DNA of 64,000 nucleotides from Raillietiella orientalis (Eukaryota). Both the position numbers and the translations under genes were made by a program. Position 1 is the stretch's first letter. Each line of letters begins with the position of its first letter. Location: contig JAYWIR010000012.1 in NCBI GenBank assembly GCA_036172245.1, positions 3,162,001-3,226,000 of the forward strand. The letters run 5' to 3'. Positions 11,465 to 25,199 of the stretch are shown in pieces. The notes under the pieces are model-generated. The model was not told the DNA's origin. It ran no database searches and saw only the letters and a list, made by a program, of their open reading frames with translations.

Positions 11465-14400
11465 CATATTTTTAAAACAAGCTAAACAAAGTAAAAGCAG
11501 AATATTTGAATTTTATTATTAAAGAGTCTTTAGAATTGTATGTTTAATTCAAATTCATTCCTGAAACCTATACATATTATCTTTTGAATCTTGTACTTGC
11601 TACCAAAGTGTTGGGTAAATTCAATTAGTATTTCAGCACCATATTTTTGTTAATGTAAAAAGTAATTTTGATTTACAAAATTAGTAAAACAAGTTGATGT
11701 TATGTGAAAGTAAATCCCCAAAGAGACACTTATTCTTCAACTCATAATAAGTGATTTATTTAAAAGTCAATTTCCATTATGAATCCCTTTTACGATGGTG
11801 AATCCCTTTTATATAATTTACTTAGAAAATGGTGAATGTATTATTCTCATTCATTCAGAATTCTGACAGTGCATGCACTTCAGTGCACTGAAGCTAGTTT
11901 GGTCATAGACATTACACTTATAGTGAAGTCTGCAATCCAAACTTTCTGCCTCCTATGCTTATGTAAACCGCCTCAGTAAAATATTCAAGTACCTCAAGCA
12001 ACTCAAACTTCATTAAGAAACAGTTCCTTATGAATTTATGTATTTATGTAATTGAAATGAAAATTGAGTCAGGCATCAACTATTAAGAATTGCCATCTGT
12101 AATCTTATTTCCAGATTTAGTGGTTATGGTGTAGTCCTTGTTAAATAAAAAATATTTGAATTTGACATTAGTCACAGTTTAAATGATGTTTATTTGACCT
12201 TCAATGGTTAGAAGAAGCTGCTTTTACAAGATTCCGATTATTCTCATCAGAGTGCATGGAATGTATTATTCTCATTCATTCAGAATTCTTCTGCAAACTT
12301 GCTGATTGGAGCTGACAATGTGCCAAAAAAATGATAAAAAACTTAATTATTCACTCTTTCAAGTCTACATGCTTTCTTGTTTATTCTATTTTATTGTAAA
12401 TTGAAGTGAATGGTATCTTATAGTAATTGGAATTGTTAGGTAGTTGATGGGGCAGGAATCCATTTCATTATCTCAGTTTGTACTGTTAGCAGTGCAAACT
12501 ATTTGTAATGCTTGATGGCTGCAAATGCCTACTCTTTGCCATTTGATTTGATTCTCTTTAAAATTATCATTGAAGTATGTGAAAATGCGTTGGTGGTGCT
12601 TAGGATTTGCATCATCATCCTTGGGTTTTCTTAACCTTAAGAAAAGTTCTAGTTAAAGACATGGGAATGACTGTGAGATGGTGTCATTTTAGGAAGTCAC
12701 TTACCTTAAGAACAAAGGCTTAATATGCACTTTTGAGCTCTATCAAGAATTTATGCATGTATCACAATTTTTGTTTTCATTTTTTTTTTTTTCATCTCAT
12801 TCCTAAAGGAATTTAGACGATTGCAGAATGGAATGAATGTTTTTCCTTTGTTGCAAGTTTGTGTTTTACTGAATTGGTGTCTGCTTGTGTTGTTTCCAAG
12901 TGTTATTGCTGCAATTTCATGGGGAGTGGATTTCTGCAGGTGCAAGGCAGAAATTTCATGCCAAAACATGGAAATTGAATAAAACATATTTCAGTGAACA
13001 CTGACCTTGGTATTTTGTGACATCAGAATTCTTCAACCTGCCAGATTTACTTTCCAATTCAAGGAAACTTATGAAATGAGTCCAAGGACTCTGACAAAAC
13101 CAAATCAGAAACATGAAAAGCTCATTTGGTTTGTGAAAAGTAGCATACTGAAAATTTGGAAACATTTTATCATGATTCCGATAGTTTGTGAAACTCCGAT
13201 GTGGTGTACTTTAAAACGTATGTGATGCTTCTTTGAAATTCTTTCCATAGGGTGTGGCCATGTGTAGCAACTCTCAATACAGCTTTCCAGTCGAGCATAC
13301 AAATTCAAAGCAGGAAATACTTAAGTTCTTAACACAAGACGATGAAGAAAGCAATGAAATGGTTAGAAGATTGCAAAGTCAGTGAGGAAGGATTTTTCAA
13401 ATATTGCACAAATGGAAAGAGACTGGCAGTCAGTAATTGGCAATTGAGAAACAAAAAATGTCAATCATGCACTCAGCGTTATTCAGATTCGATTTCATAA
13501 TGTACTATCTTCAGTAATGTAGTTTCATTTTCTTTTTTCTTTCTTCATTTATGGTGAAATTAACGGAAAGAGGTGCTTAAATGTACCTTTCGATCCCTAT
13601 CTGAGAAAATGAGGCATCTTTCATGAATTCAAAAAATCAGAAATTCCTTATTTTCAGCATTCAAAAGTTATATTCAAAGTCGATCATGAAAAGCCTCGTT
13701 CATGCCTTCAACAAAAACTCAAGATCGTTTTAGCAGAAGATAAATTCCTCTGTGAAAGTAGTTCAAGAAAGATAACGGGAAGGGGTAGCTGACTGAAGCA
13801 ACAGAAGTGTGTATACAGTAGGAAGTACTTTGAAAGTTGCAAAATTTTCAAACAACACATACAATTCTGGATAAACAGGGCTGTTTCGGCCAGCTCTTAA
13901 AGGAAATGAGTGATCCGCGGTGTACAAAAGCCTCATCAAACCGAAAAAGGAAAACGAAAATTAGCGTTGCCTTATAGCGGGAATGAGGTGCCAAAGTAAC
14001 TTTTATGATTCGTTTGTTATCGGAAATCTTTAACTGTCTGAAGACATCATAACGGGGTGAATAATCTAATTGAGATAATCCTCATAACAGGCAGACACGT
14101 ATGTTTGGCTGAACAAGTATGGGCAGCTCCTCTCATATCACCAGTTCAATCGTCAGATCCTCGGTTTCAGAAATGCTCTCCAACTGAGATGAATACAGAG
14201 GAGTACCAGCGATGCTGTGCGCATTACTTGTGAATTTACAATGTTTCGTATTCGTAAGTATTTAATGTGTGCTCTGAACGTCCTCGTGTACGTAAGTGTG
14301 TGTGTTGAATAGGAGCGCACTCTGCTGTGCAGTTCCCTATCAGAGGCTCACCCTCGCAGTCACAGATTCCCCATTTGAACGAAATTTCAATTCAGCTTGT

Positions 14401-16699
14401 CGGAGCATTCTTTTTTGTCACCTGGTTGTTGGAACCTGATGGCAGCATGTGTACCATTGCATAAAATCAGCCGGGGCTGCCTTTCCGGGACCACCACTCT
14501 TTGAATGGAAAGACCGGGAATGCTGCACACCTTCAGCCGCCTCGGTGCTTTTTTTTTTTGGTAGCAAAGTGCGTGGACGCAACAAATTGAAACAGCAGGC
14601 CCGCTGGTGATAGAGCTTTGCACGATGTCTGAGTGTTTCCTTGGCATCGACTTTGACCCTCCTCCTGTGCGAACGTGTGCTTGCCAATTTGAGGCTGATG
14701 ACCCCTTGAGGTGTCGCGCCGGCAGCAGTGACCTGTCAGGCGTTGGCAAGTCAGGCGTTCTCCGTGGGAGACGCGTCCTTGGAGTCTGCAAAGTACCAAG
14801 GGAGTAGAATGTGAAAATTTGAGCAAAGCACGTTGAAATGAATGAGCTGCAAACGGAGGTCTTCCACTCGCAAGTAAAACCAATTGCACTGACTTAATTT
14901 GATTAATGCCAGCGTTACCTACGTAACGAAAGAGCGATTTGTGGAAGTCGCCACATCTATTCTCTAGCAATGCGAATTTTCCCGCGATCAAGGTGGAGTT
15001 ATTCATTTAATGTTTTGGCAGACTAAATAAGAAATCAGGCTGATAAAGAAGCCAACATGCTTGTTTCCAGGCAAGGGAAATGTTTTGTTATTTTTATCTG
15101 AGGATGGTTGCATGTCCAATCTTCATCCAGATTTGCTACCGGTCAAGATGTAATGTGTAAAGGATGTCAATGAAAGCAAATGTTTTCATAAGGAGGTAAC
15201 ATTAGGGACGCATTGGGGTCGTGTGGAGAAAGATGGAAATGCAGAAGGATGAATACCATGGAAAGCTGCTGTGGCTGGAAGATTTTGTTCCCAAGGTATA
15301 CAAGAGCATACGGTTACCAGAAACGAATCTCCAGAAAATTCTGGGACATAATCGAAAGCGCTAAGAAATGCTACGTGGTATATATGAATTATTCAGCACT
15401 TGGGATACTTGCAATATGCACACTCCATCTTCAATTTGGCATTTGTTCGATCTTGCAATAGAGCGTTTTCAAATGCCCTATCGTATTTCTTCAGCTCTAT
15501 TTACTTTTCAATTTTGGAAAGCAGAAATTTCAAATTGATGTTCCATTCGACAGATATGGGGAAGGACATGGTAGCATTTTGGCAAGTTCCGCCGCTTTCA
15601 CTTTTATGCCAAGTCAAGGCGGTGGGTTCAACGGAACTTCTCAGAGACTCTCCACAGGGCTATGCAAAGCAAAAGATGCTGTGGTTTCATCGGTTTGAAT
15701 CTTCCACCCGGGAGGATTAAAACCAACACGCACACCTACAGATAAGTTCAGGTTTGTGCATTGCGTTTGCTTTCGTTTCGTTTGATTTTCTTCTAAATTT
15801 CTTGAGATGTCTGTTGCACATTCCTATCGTCCAACGAACAGACAGCAACGGCTCTCAAAGGAATGGAATTCGGTAATCTGCAGCTGGAAACTGGCCCAAA
15901 TACCACGTTTTGGGATGTGCCTTTCACTTTAGCGGTTTTATTTGCCACTTTATGCAATTCAGAAGCTGCATGCCGAGGGGGGTCGCCCTTGGTTTGTGGA
16001 TGTGGCGTCAAATTATCAGCTAAAGCATTCTTTAAGTTGGATACGACTGTGTGCTCGCCTTAATACTTTGCCAAAGTGCGCCCTGTAGGTGATGATAATT
16101 TTTTGCAATCAGATAAGGTTTATTAAATAGATGATTTGCTTAATTTTGTTTTTTGTCAAGTACTCTTCGTAAGGACAGCGACGCAAATGTCGGAAACAAC
16201 CACAAGAGAAAAACGCATCAAAAAAGTGAAAGCTGGATCGAAAACGTGATTCAGATTGATTAAACTCGTATGCCGATTCACTGTGAAGAGAATTCTACCG
16301 TCTTTCACGTTAGACGGTTGAGCTCTGCCAGTGTGATCTGAAGTTGGGGTAAGACCTAGTGGTAATACGCAACGTGCTGAATTCATCAATGAAATTGCAT
16401 TTCGGGGAAGCAAATTACAAAAGCTCCAAGTATGTCATCAGGACTGTCTTCAAAGGGCTGTCCGTATTTCACAATCTGTACTGTAGAATCGCTACACACT
16501 TAAAGTTTCCTCAGCTTGGGGAAGTTTTCTGCAATCTCCGCAGTCGAAAAGCTCTTTCCGTAGACGATCTGCCACTATGAACCTAAGGCGGAACCAGCAA
16601 ATGTGAAACTGATCGAGAAATGTAAATCAGCATCATGCGGTCTGCAAAGGACTAACAAAGTGGGGAAATCTCCTCTGGCTTACTTTGAGAAAGTGCAGC

Positions 16700-17300
16700 A
16701 GAATGGACTTGGAAAATAATTGTTCCATAAATTCCTGATGAGGACTATGTTAGAAGCGTTTATTGGCTGAAAAGAATCCATGAATGTCCGATTAAGAATA
16801 GAGTGAAAAAGAGAAATCATATTAGACTGAGAGATTGCTCACCGATAGGGCTCATTAAGTAGCGAGATGCAGCACAGGGCTTCAGACCGTGGGATGCAAA
16901 TATTTTTTGGATTGGTTTCGTATTTCTTAGGTGGCAACTTCCAGAAAGCAAGCTCGAGAATGGGTCAAACGAAAATCGAAGCAAAGAAATATTCGAATTC
17001 TGTGGACCTCGGAGTAAGTTGCCCTACAGTCTGGCTATATGAGCAGACTTTCATGCTCTCAGTTTGATCCGGTGCCTCCTTGGAATTTCATGGCAAGAAA
17101 AAACTCAAGAGAAAAAGCAAATTTACATAAAGGCTATAATGGATGTTAAACAAGATAATGGACAGCAAACAAGAAGTCATGGGATATGGTGCCTCGGTGT
17201 GGAAGCCAAGATGCTAGGGAAACAAAGCAAGATGATGCAGTCGTGCAGGATGTGCACCAAGGTAACCGAAAGAAGTGCTTTCAAGGCGGCATGGGAAACT
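16700..17300 (+). mobile_element. Highly decayed RTE-like LINE fragment
   Basis: IRCLLGISWQEK resembles the RTE C-terminal LRRILGISWQD motif. Surrounding frames are broken. Confidence 0.35.
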
Positions 17301-20300
17301 TGGAGTGGGAAAATTTCGCTTTTCCCATAGTCTATTGCCGCCATAGAATTGAATCCAATCATGGGCTCCTTGTGGAAGGCGTAGGCGATCTCATAAAGAC
17401 CACTTTTTCGTAGTCAGGCATTTTTTTTCACATGCAGGTGGACATGAGGCAATCCTGCAACTACTGGATTCTCAGCCTATGGTTACTCGTTCCGCTGAAT
17501 GCATGATTCATCTAAAGCATCAATCTGCTGCAGTGCTCATGAGGAAAAGCACTCTGCGAATGGAACTCAGGTGGAATTTCTACTTGAAGCAGATGCCCCA
17601 GCAAAGGAAACGTTGCGTCGAAAGCAGAAGCCCCGTTTGCAGATTCGGTTTCATAGTCGAGGCCATCAGTAAGAACCATAGTGGTTCTTATTGGTGGCGG
17701 AACAAAGGGATCAACATGAAATTCCATGGGGGGACCACTTGGAACGTGTGTAGCTCAGAAGCGACCGACTCCAAAGAGGCTACTCTTTGGAGTATGTATG
17801 TTTGTATGTGCCGAAACGGCACTGCTGCTGCTGGGCGAAGGCGTGCCCCGTTTAGATGATGCGGCCAGACGAGTTGCATGCACTTATCCGCGATCCCGTA
17901 GCCCTGGCTTCCCGTTCCCCTGATGGTGCAGGCAGAGTTTTTTAACTCTCGTCTTAAAGATTCGAGGACGCTGCAATAAAATTGAAAAGTTCAGAAATCA
18001 ATAATCGCTACAGCTAACGGATGATTCCTTCTTTTGGATATATCTGGCATTACTAGTGCAATGTTTCCACATAATCATGCTCTTGCGTAAAGACATCTTC
18101 TGGGGATTCCGTAGTCTTTGTAGATTGTGCTGATTTGGGCATTTTTTTTTTGGTTTTTTATGGTCTCTAACTCGATATTTGTTGCCAAAGCTGCTTCTCG
18201 ATTTCAACCACTCTTCGTGAAAGTGGCAGTCGACGTTCTTGAGGAAGAAAATGCCAGGAAAAATGCAGGATCTCCCGTTTCCTTGAGTGTCGGGTAGCGC
18301 GTGGATCTTCGGATCCAACGCTGAAATATGCGACATTGATTTCGAGGATGAAATCCAGACGTAGACGGGAAGGATTCCAGTGTTTGGAACCCATTATGAT
18401 CCATTAGAGGAAGATTCTCCCCGGTTTGTCCAGGAGAAATTCACCTATCCATTCTTATATGATCAGAGCTATTTTTAGAATCGCTGGCAAAACGCCGCCT
18501 AGGAGCTGAAGTGCTCGTCCACTGTGGCATGCCGCTACGTTTTTTTCCTTTTTTTTTAATCACGTGAAATATCTTTGAGATGCAACAGCTTTGACGACCG
18601 TCGTTATTTGCTAGTGCTGCAGTGCATTTCCTTTCGGGCAAAGGGGATGTCCCCCAGAAACGTTCCTTGAGTGGCTGCCAAAACACAAGCCGCTGTCACC
18701 ACCGTGACCTCCGAACTCGAAATGGGGGAGGAAATTCCGACACCAGAGAGGTCCTGATATTTTTTCCTGTGTGCTTTTCCGTCCTTGCCGTAGACACTGC
18801 AAGTGTGCAGAACGCAGAATGCGATTGCCCTTTTTGGATGAATCTCAAGTCTCCAGAGTATTCACCGAAGGGCACTTGGCGTTCGGATCCGGATAGATGG
18901 AACTGTCCGTGTCCAAAGTCAGTCGCTAGTCTATCCTCGAGGCAACAGGCTGTTCGCGTTGCATGCACCGAAGCTCATCATTGACGACTTTGTATTGATG
19001 AGCTCTGCAATTCGGGAGTCGTCGCAGCCGTCTTCAAAGCACTGTCCTCCTCCGTCCCTCCGTCTCATATGCTAACGTGGATTCGTAAAACGCGACGCAA
19101 AAAAATGACGACAGTTCTTGTATAACGCGGTAAATCTGCCCTGTGCGACAGGGCGAAGACATCTTAATTTTGTCTTAAAATGTCGGTGCAACTTTATATA
19201 TATATACATATGAGGAGCATCTCAAGAGTGAGGGCCGATCGGATATAAAGAAAGAACGACAAATGAGAGAAACAAAAATGTATTGGTGGTTCCAAACACG
19301 TGCATCCCCACGTCATTTTTCTACGTAGTCACCATTTTTTTCCCAAACACTTCGGATACCGCGGAACGAGGTCTTTTAAAGCTTCTGCATGAAATTCCGC
19401 CGCCTGGGAGTTCAGCCAGTTCTGCAGTATTGCAGTTTTCAACTCCTCCCTTTCCCCCTCGAATCGTTGAGCCACTTCTGGAGGTGCAGAAGTGCTAGAA
19501 CACGGTTCCGGTGCTAAAGCAAGGTTTCCAGGATTCCTCTCTTTTTTTTTCTCTCTTAATAAGTGGAAGACTTGAGAAGTTTCTTCAGAAATACACGATG
19601 AGGACTTCGGCATGGTTCTCTTTTCCTCTTTGCAGCATACAGAGCGAAATTTCTAGCTGTACTAGTGACATTGACGTGAAGGCCAAGACGTTGAGTGCAG
19701 CCCGAAAAGCATTCCCATGTTGAAATAGCCTTCCTGATGACGTCCATTTCCGCTGATGAAAACCAATTTACTTATTAAGGAAACATACTTTTTCTTTTTT
19801 CCTTTCCATGTATTAGAGCTAGCACTAATGCAAATTCAAAATGAGCACATGTAAGAAGGGTTCCCGTTCTAGGAATTCGTGTGAAACTTGAGAGCTTCCA
19901 TTCGTCACTTCACGCAGCACGCCTGAAGACAGCATCGCCGTGCTCGGTAAGAATCGTTCAAATAATAGGAATCGAAAACCGAAAGAGCTGAACAGAAAAC
20001 TGCTTCGGAGGCTGCCGTGTTACGAAACCGTTTGCTGCTTCTCGAGCTATGATGACCACATCCAAGGGGACACCTCATTTAGAACTCGAGCTCGCTCTGA
20101 AAGCGAAAAGAAGTAAATCTGCTGTGCCCATCATCTGATGAAAAATAGGTGGTCTTTAGCTCTGGTTTGGGAAGGTTAAGGGCACGGTTGTAAGCTTTCC
20201 CTTTCTGCTCGAAGCAGCCAAGACCTGATTTTCCAATGCATCCTTCGTCTCTCATGCTAGGCTATTTACTTACAATGTGTTCAGTGGTACTCCGTGTGCT

Positions 20301-21006
20301 CTTCAGAATTCCAGAATCCGAAATGCATCAGTGTTTGTCCACAGGTCAAGAGATCTGAGGATTCCATCTCAGGACCGGGGATTCGAGTCGAAGGTGCATT
20401 CCCAGTTCCCTCGACGGATGATTCGCTCAGTGTGTAGCTTTTTCGTTTCGTGAAGGTAAATTCCTGGAACTGAGGAGATTCAGTGTCCTGAGGCAAAGAT
20501 GAAATGCAAGGAATTTCAGACCGTGAAAGCGCATTTATTCACTTATCCTGTTCCCTTCAAATGCCAGTGGCAGAAAAATTAGAACACTGTTCTCAGCATG
20601 GAAAATGGTGAAAAGCGGTGGAAGCACAGTGGAAAACGGGTACTCAGCAAGTTAGCTGCACGCCTGGTCTAAGGTCACCATGAGTTTCGCGCCATTGCTT
20701 TCTGGACCAATATTTTCACATGCAGCTTCGAAAAGTTTCGCCGAGTTATCGTGGTGGAAGAGCTGTTTTCAAGGATCTCCTTCTTGGAAAGAGTATGAAA
20801 CAAAGAAAGGGTAACTTTAAGGACAAGGGATTTCCATTCTTTTGCATCTTATTAGCAAAGAGTACACTCAAGGGTGCTGGAATCTTCGCGTTTTTCTCAC
20901 CTACTACTGACTCCTTCCTTACCGAGCAAAACTTTTTAATCCCCGTCGAAATGCACAGAAGGAACCAAACATGGCGTTTCGGAATCCACTGTGAAGCATC
21001 GAAAAA

Positions 21007-21026
21007 ACACACACACACACACACAC
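21007..21026. repeat. (CA)n microsatellite
   Basis: About ten CA units. Confidence 0.85.
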
Positions 21027-21949
21027 AAGGTACCAGATGACTTGGCTTGCACGTTCTATGCAACAGAACAAAAGACCCTCCCTCCCCACCCATTTCCCTT
21101 TCAGAACTAGATTTTTCGAAACAATCTGGAAATTATTCATTTTTGTTAGTTGGCAGTGGCTGTTCATTACTGTAATTATGCAACTGTCTGAGCGTGATTG
21201 CTCACCAGGTTGCAGATAATGGATAGACATAACAGACGGTAGGTACCATTGTATCGTGAGGGTGAAGGATTTCCTATGGAGATGAAAATCGATGGCATTA
21301 AATCATATCGGGTCTGTGGAATTTAATTAGATTGAATGCTGGAACGGTTTCGTGGAAAAATTATGTGCAAGACCTTGACTCATACATTAAGCATGTTACA
21401 TAACCGCAATACATTCACTTCCTGGGTATGAAAAGCGTTTTCTTCCATGAAAAAAGGAATTTATGTAGTAGGGTTTTTGTTCCCGAAATAAATTGACCAG
21501 AAGTCTGTGTGACAAAATGGAATGCTTCCTGGTCGCTTCTGAGTTCCCGATCTCTTCGAGGAGCTTTTTGAGAGAGGGTTTCTTCGCGACCTGACTATAG
21601 AAATCGATGATAGTCGGGGTAGCTGTGGATTGCCTTGCAGTTTCGCTCGTTACTGATTCGGTGGATGAAAATCGAAACGGCAGCAACATCAGAAGCCACC
21701 ACGCTAGCACGTACGAAGCAGACAGCAGAGACATAGGCTACTTCGGTTGGTCCGTTTTTGCCGGGAAAAAGGGCTAAGCAGCTCCTTGGGAACACCAGAT
21801 GCTCTAGGAGGCAGACTTGTCTTCTCCGTTCCAAAGCATCCGTCATCCTTGTGTCCAACGGCCATGTAATGCCAGCACCTTTAACAAGAGTGGGAGGAGT
21901 AACCCTGCCCCTCCAGGAAGGGCAAGACTTGCCCAGCTGGGTCAACACC

Positions 21950-22498
21950 TCGCCACCTAGAGCAACAGACACGATGGCGGCTTGGAATAGATTTCCGGGA
22001 AGAGCTGGCTAAAGACCACACCATCTCGGTCATCATCTTCGGGTTGCCTGTGCAGCGGTAGGGGTGAATTCTTTGATACTGCGCCCCTCTAGCACATGCG
22101 GGATGCATCGGGTGTTCCCAAAGAGCTGTTCAGGCCGGTTGAAACGTAACAACCAAAGCAGCCTATATGATTGCTGCCTGTTCGTGCGTGCGACCGTGGC
22201 GGCTAGGCACCCTCTAGAATTCCAAAAGACCCACAGAAACATTCTCCAGATCTGCAAGGGACTGCTCCACGCAGCCCGAAGATGGAAACACCTGAAGACA
22301 AGAGACCGCTAAGATCTGGAGGAGATCATGTGCAAGACAATGAAGCTATTCAGCTCCCCTCCTCCACTCCTTACTTCCCTGCACGAATAGGGATCCCTGC
22401 ATCACTGCACTGATGCACTCTCCACCCCGGAAGATTACAAGGTCAATGTATGTTTATGTAGGTGTGTAAATAAGCGACCAGGCGCAACTGAGTATGAA
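21950..22498 (+). mobile_element. LINE 3' end
   Basis: CCLFVRATVAARHPLE...LLHAARRWKHL matches the family C-terminus. A terminal motif aaataagcgaccaggcgcaactgagt lies at ~22468. Confidence 0.5.
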
Positions 22499-25199
22499 TC
22501 CTTGCAATACCTTCATTTCATCTCACAGAGATTCAATTGGCCTGCCTTTCGCTGGACATCCGCCAGACACCTTTCCTCTGTCACGTTACTACGTGGAATG
22601 CAAAATTCAGTTGGCGTACGATGTGGCTGCGCAACCATATCGATGTGGCGCACCATCTTAAAACGGCGTTTCCGGTGAAATTCAATTACATTTGATAATT
22701 TGCTGGGAGCATCGCCAAACCACGGAGTCAGCTTTTCCCGCTCTTTGACGGACGTATCGTAAATAGCCAAGCCGGGAAGAATTGTCCCAAGACCAGCTGA
22801 GAATATGAGAACCGATTCCCAGGCGAAGGCATCCAATTTGGAAGGCTCTGTTCGTGCACTCACTGTCTTTTAGTTGCGGTGGCCGTTGAAGGCGCCGAGC
22901 TGTGTCTTCCTCTCATCGGAACGTGGGATGATTTAACACGTGCAATTCAGAGATGCTTCCTAAGCTAACGGAATTCTCGGAGTCCGATGATCGTCGAGGA
23001 AGATGAAACACTCGGCGAGCTGATAAATGATGTGGTTCTGCAGCTAGTAAGATAATAGAGGAATCTCTTCAAGGAAGTGGCGTCAAGAAGTCCCTTCTCT
23101 TGCGGCGGACCTTCGATTCCGACAGAAAAAAGAGCTCGAGGAAAAAGACACGGAGAACTAAATCGTCCCGCGATCTGGTTCACAGACTAGAAGCGATGGG
23201 ATGGAGTTTGAAAGCAGGAAGGATGTCCGAGCTCCTGGCGAATTTGAGGAGGATCTCTACAGCTTTTGGGTACTGACTGGTGAGGGTAGTGGGAGAGGGA
23301 AAACCAAGGCACGCAGACTTTTGTCTCTTTGGTCTCGGTGCGCAAGCAGTTATAGTCTTCATCGGTCGATGATCGTCCAAAGCATCTGGACGCTGACGTG
23401 ACAGCGTTTTCGGTAAGGGTTCTAGGAGAATCCAGTTGCGTAAAAACGAGGATGACGACCGTCCAAAGCTCTGTGCTGACTGCCGGCTGCAGCGTCCTTC
23501 CTCTCTTCGTTTCACCCAGTCATGCCAGACCTTTACTGTAAAAAAAATATTTACAAAAAATAGTCATGTAAAATATTAAAAAATGTCTTCCTTCGCGGTG
23601 GCTTTACATCACCACTACGAAGGGAGATATCTCGGAGACGCTGCTTCTCATGTGCAGCTCCCCGATGAGGTCCTCACAGAAGAAGTGGGGGAAGGAGTAA
23701 ACAAAAACAAAAACAAAAGTTCAGTTTGAAAAAATGTTGGGGGGAGAGAATTGGGCAAGGAAAAAGATGATTCATTCCTTTCTGGCGTCCCCAGTCCAGC
23801 ATCCTCTGGAAGATGTTGGTAACTTCCCCCCTTTGTTGGCAGAGATGTGATCATCTTGTCGTCTTCGTCATGAAGGAGGAGAGAATTGTGGTGCCCTCAC
23901 CGTTCGACTGGTTTCTTTCGACGTGGCTTCTCGCCGCTACCATTCCACGAAAGTAGTACAGAGCTGCTGCAAGGGAAGCTGCAGGCGACAGCGAGTTGCG
24001 CGCCAAAAGGCTCCGCAAACCTCTCTGTCATCATCCATTGGGGGTGTGGGAGCCGCAGCGAAGCGCTCCTGGACACTCAGGAGGGCAACACAGTTTAACA
24101 AAAGAGTACGGGAAGGTTTCCCTTTCCCCGCACCTGGCACAGTCCGGGATCACACTCCCTCTTGTATAGTGGTGGACTCGTGCGTTGCATGGGATTGCCC
24201 GGTGCAACAATTGCAATGCCGAGTCCTGCCACTTCAGGGGAAGCGTGAGGGAGTTTCTTCTTCAGGGACGAGTGAAAACAGAGGCACGAAGAGAATGCGA
24301 ATCGGATGAAGATGAACTCCCCATAAAGGAAACTAGAAACCCGAGACACGATTTTCTTTTAGGGAGATGTGTCCCTGCGTCCCTCTACCGATGACGCATG
24401 GGACATCCCCTAATTCAGATGGTGATTTCGAGTTCGCAGGACGGCGTTATCCAACAGAAAGTCGCCTTCCGAGGATCTCGGAGGGGGGAAATGGAACCCT
24501 CACCAATGAATGCAAGGCGACCAGGCAAGACTCTCACGGAGGCCACAGCATCACCGGGAAGCGTAGGGGAGCAGAGGAAGGTGTTCATTCTGGTAAGATG
24601 AAGAGCTTCGTGACACGAGGGAAAGGTCGGCACCAAGCTGGAGAGGGGGACTCATATGTTGATGAACAGCTTTCGGCTCTTGCAGGCAGCGGCATGGCGA
24701 GCTCAGAAAAGCGAACAAGGAATGCCGAAAGTTCGGGCAAATCCGTCTGGTCGTCCCACCACCTTTGATGGTCTCCCATTCTAGTTTGGCTGCAGACAGA
24801 ACTGCTAGACCACAAACGAGAAGCCTCCCCATTCATAAGTGACGCGAAATGTGTCCACGACCACGTCGGCCTCCCTCCGGAGCTCACGGGATTTTTCTCC
24901 TCTCGCTCCGAGATGCCGATGGCGCGTGGTGAGTGCCCTAGCAAGGCGGAACTCCCTCCCCCCGCACTCCCACCCACCCGTTAAGCACGGCCGCCCGCTT
25001 CCCATAGCACCAGCTCTGCACAGCAGCAGAAGAGCTCGACCGCGCTCTTCCCGGCCGTGGTCCTAGGCTTCGAGGTGGCTTCCAGCTGAGGCATCGGCTG
25101 CAAGACCTCGAGGTCGCTTGCGCATGGCACAAGAGGAGCGGCAGCGGCACGAGGGTGTCAGCGCCGAGCTGCCTCGTACTCGCCGCTCCCGTCCGCAAC

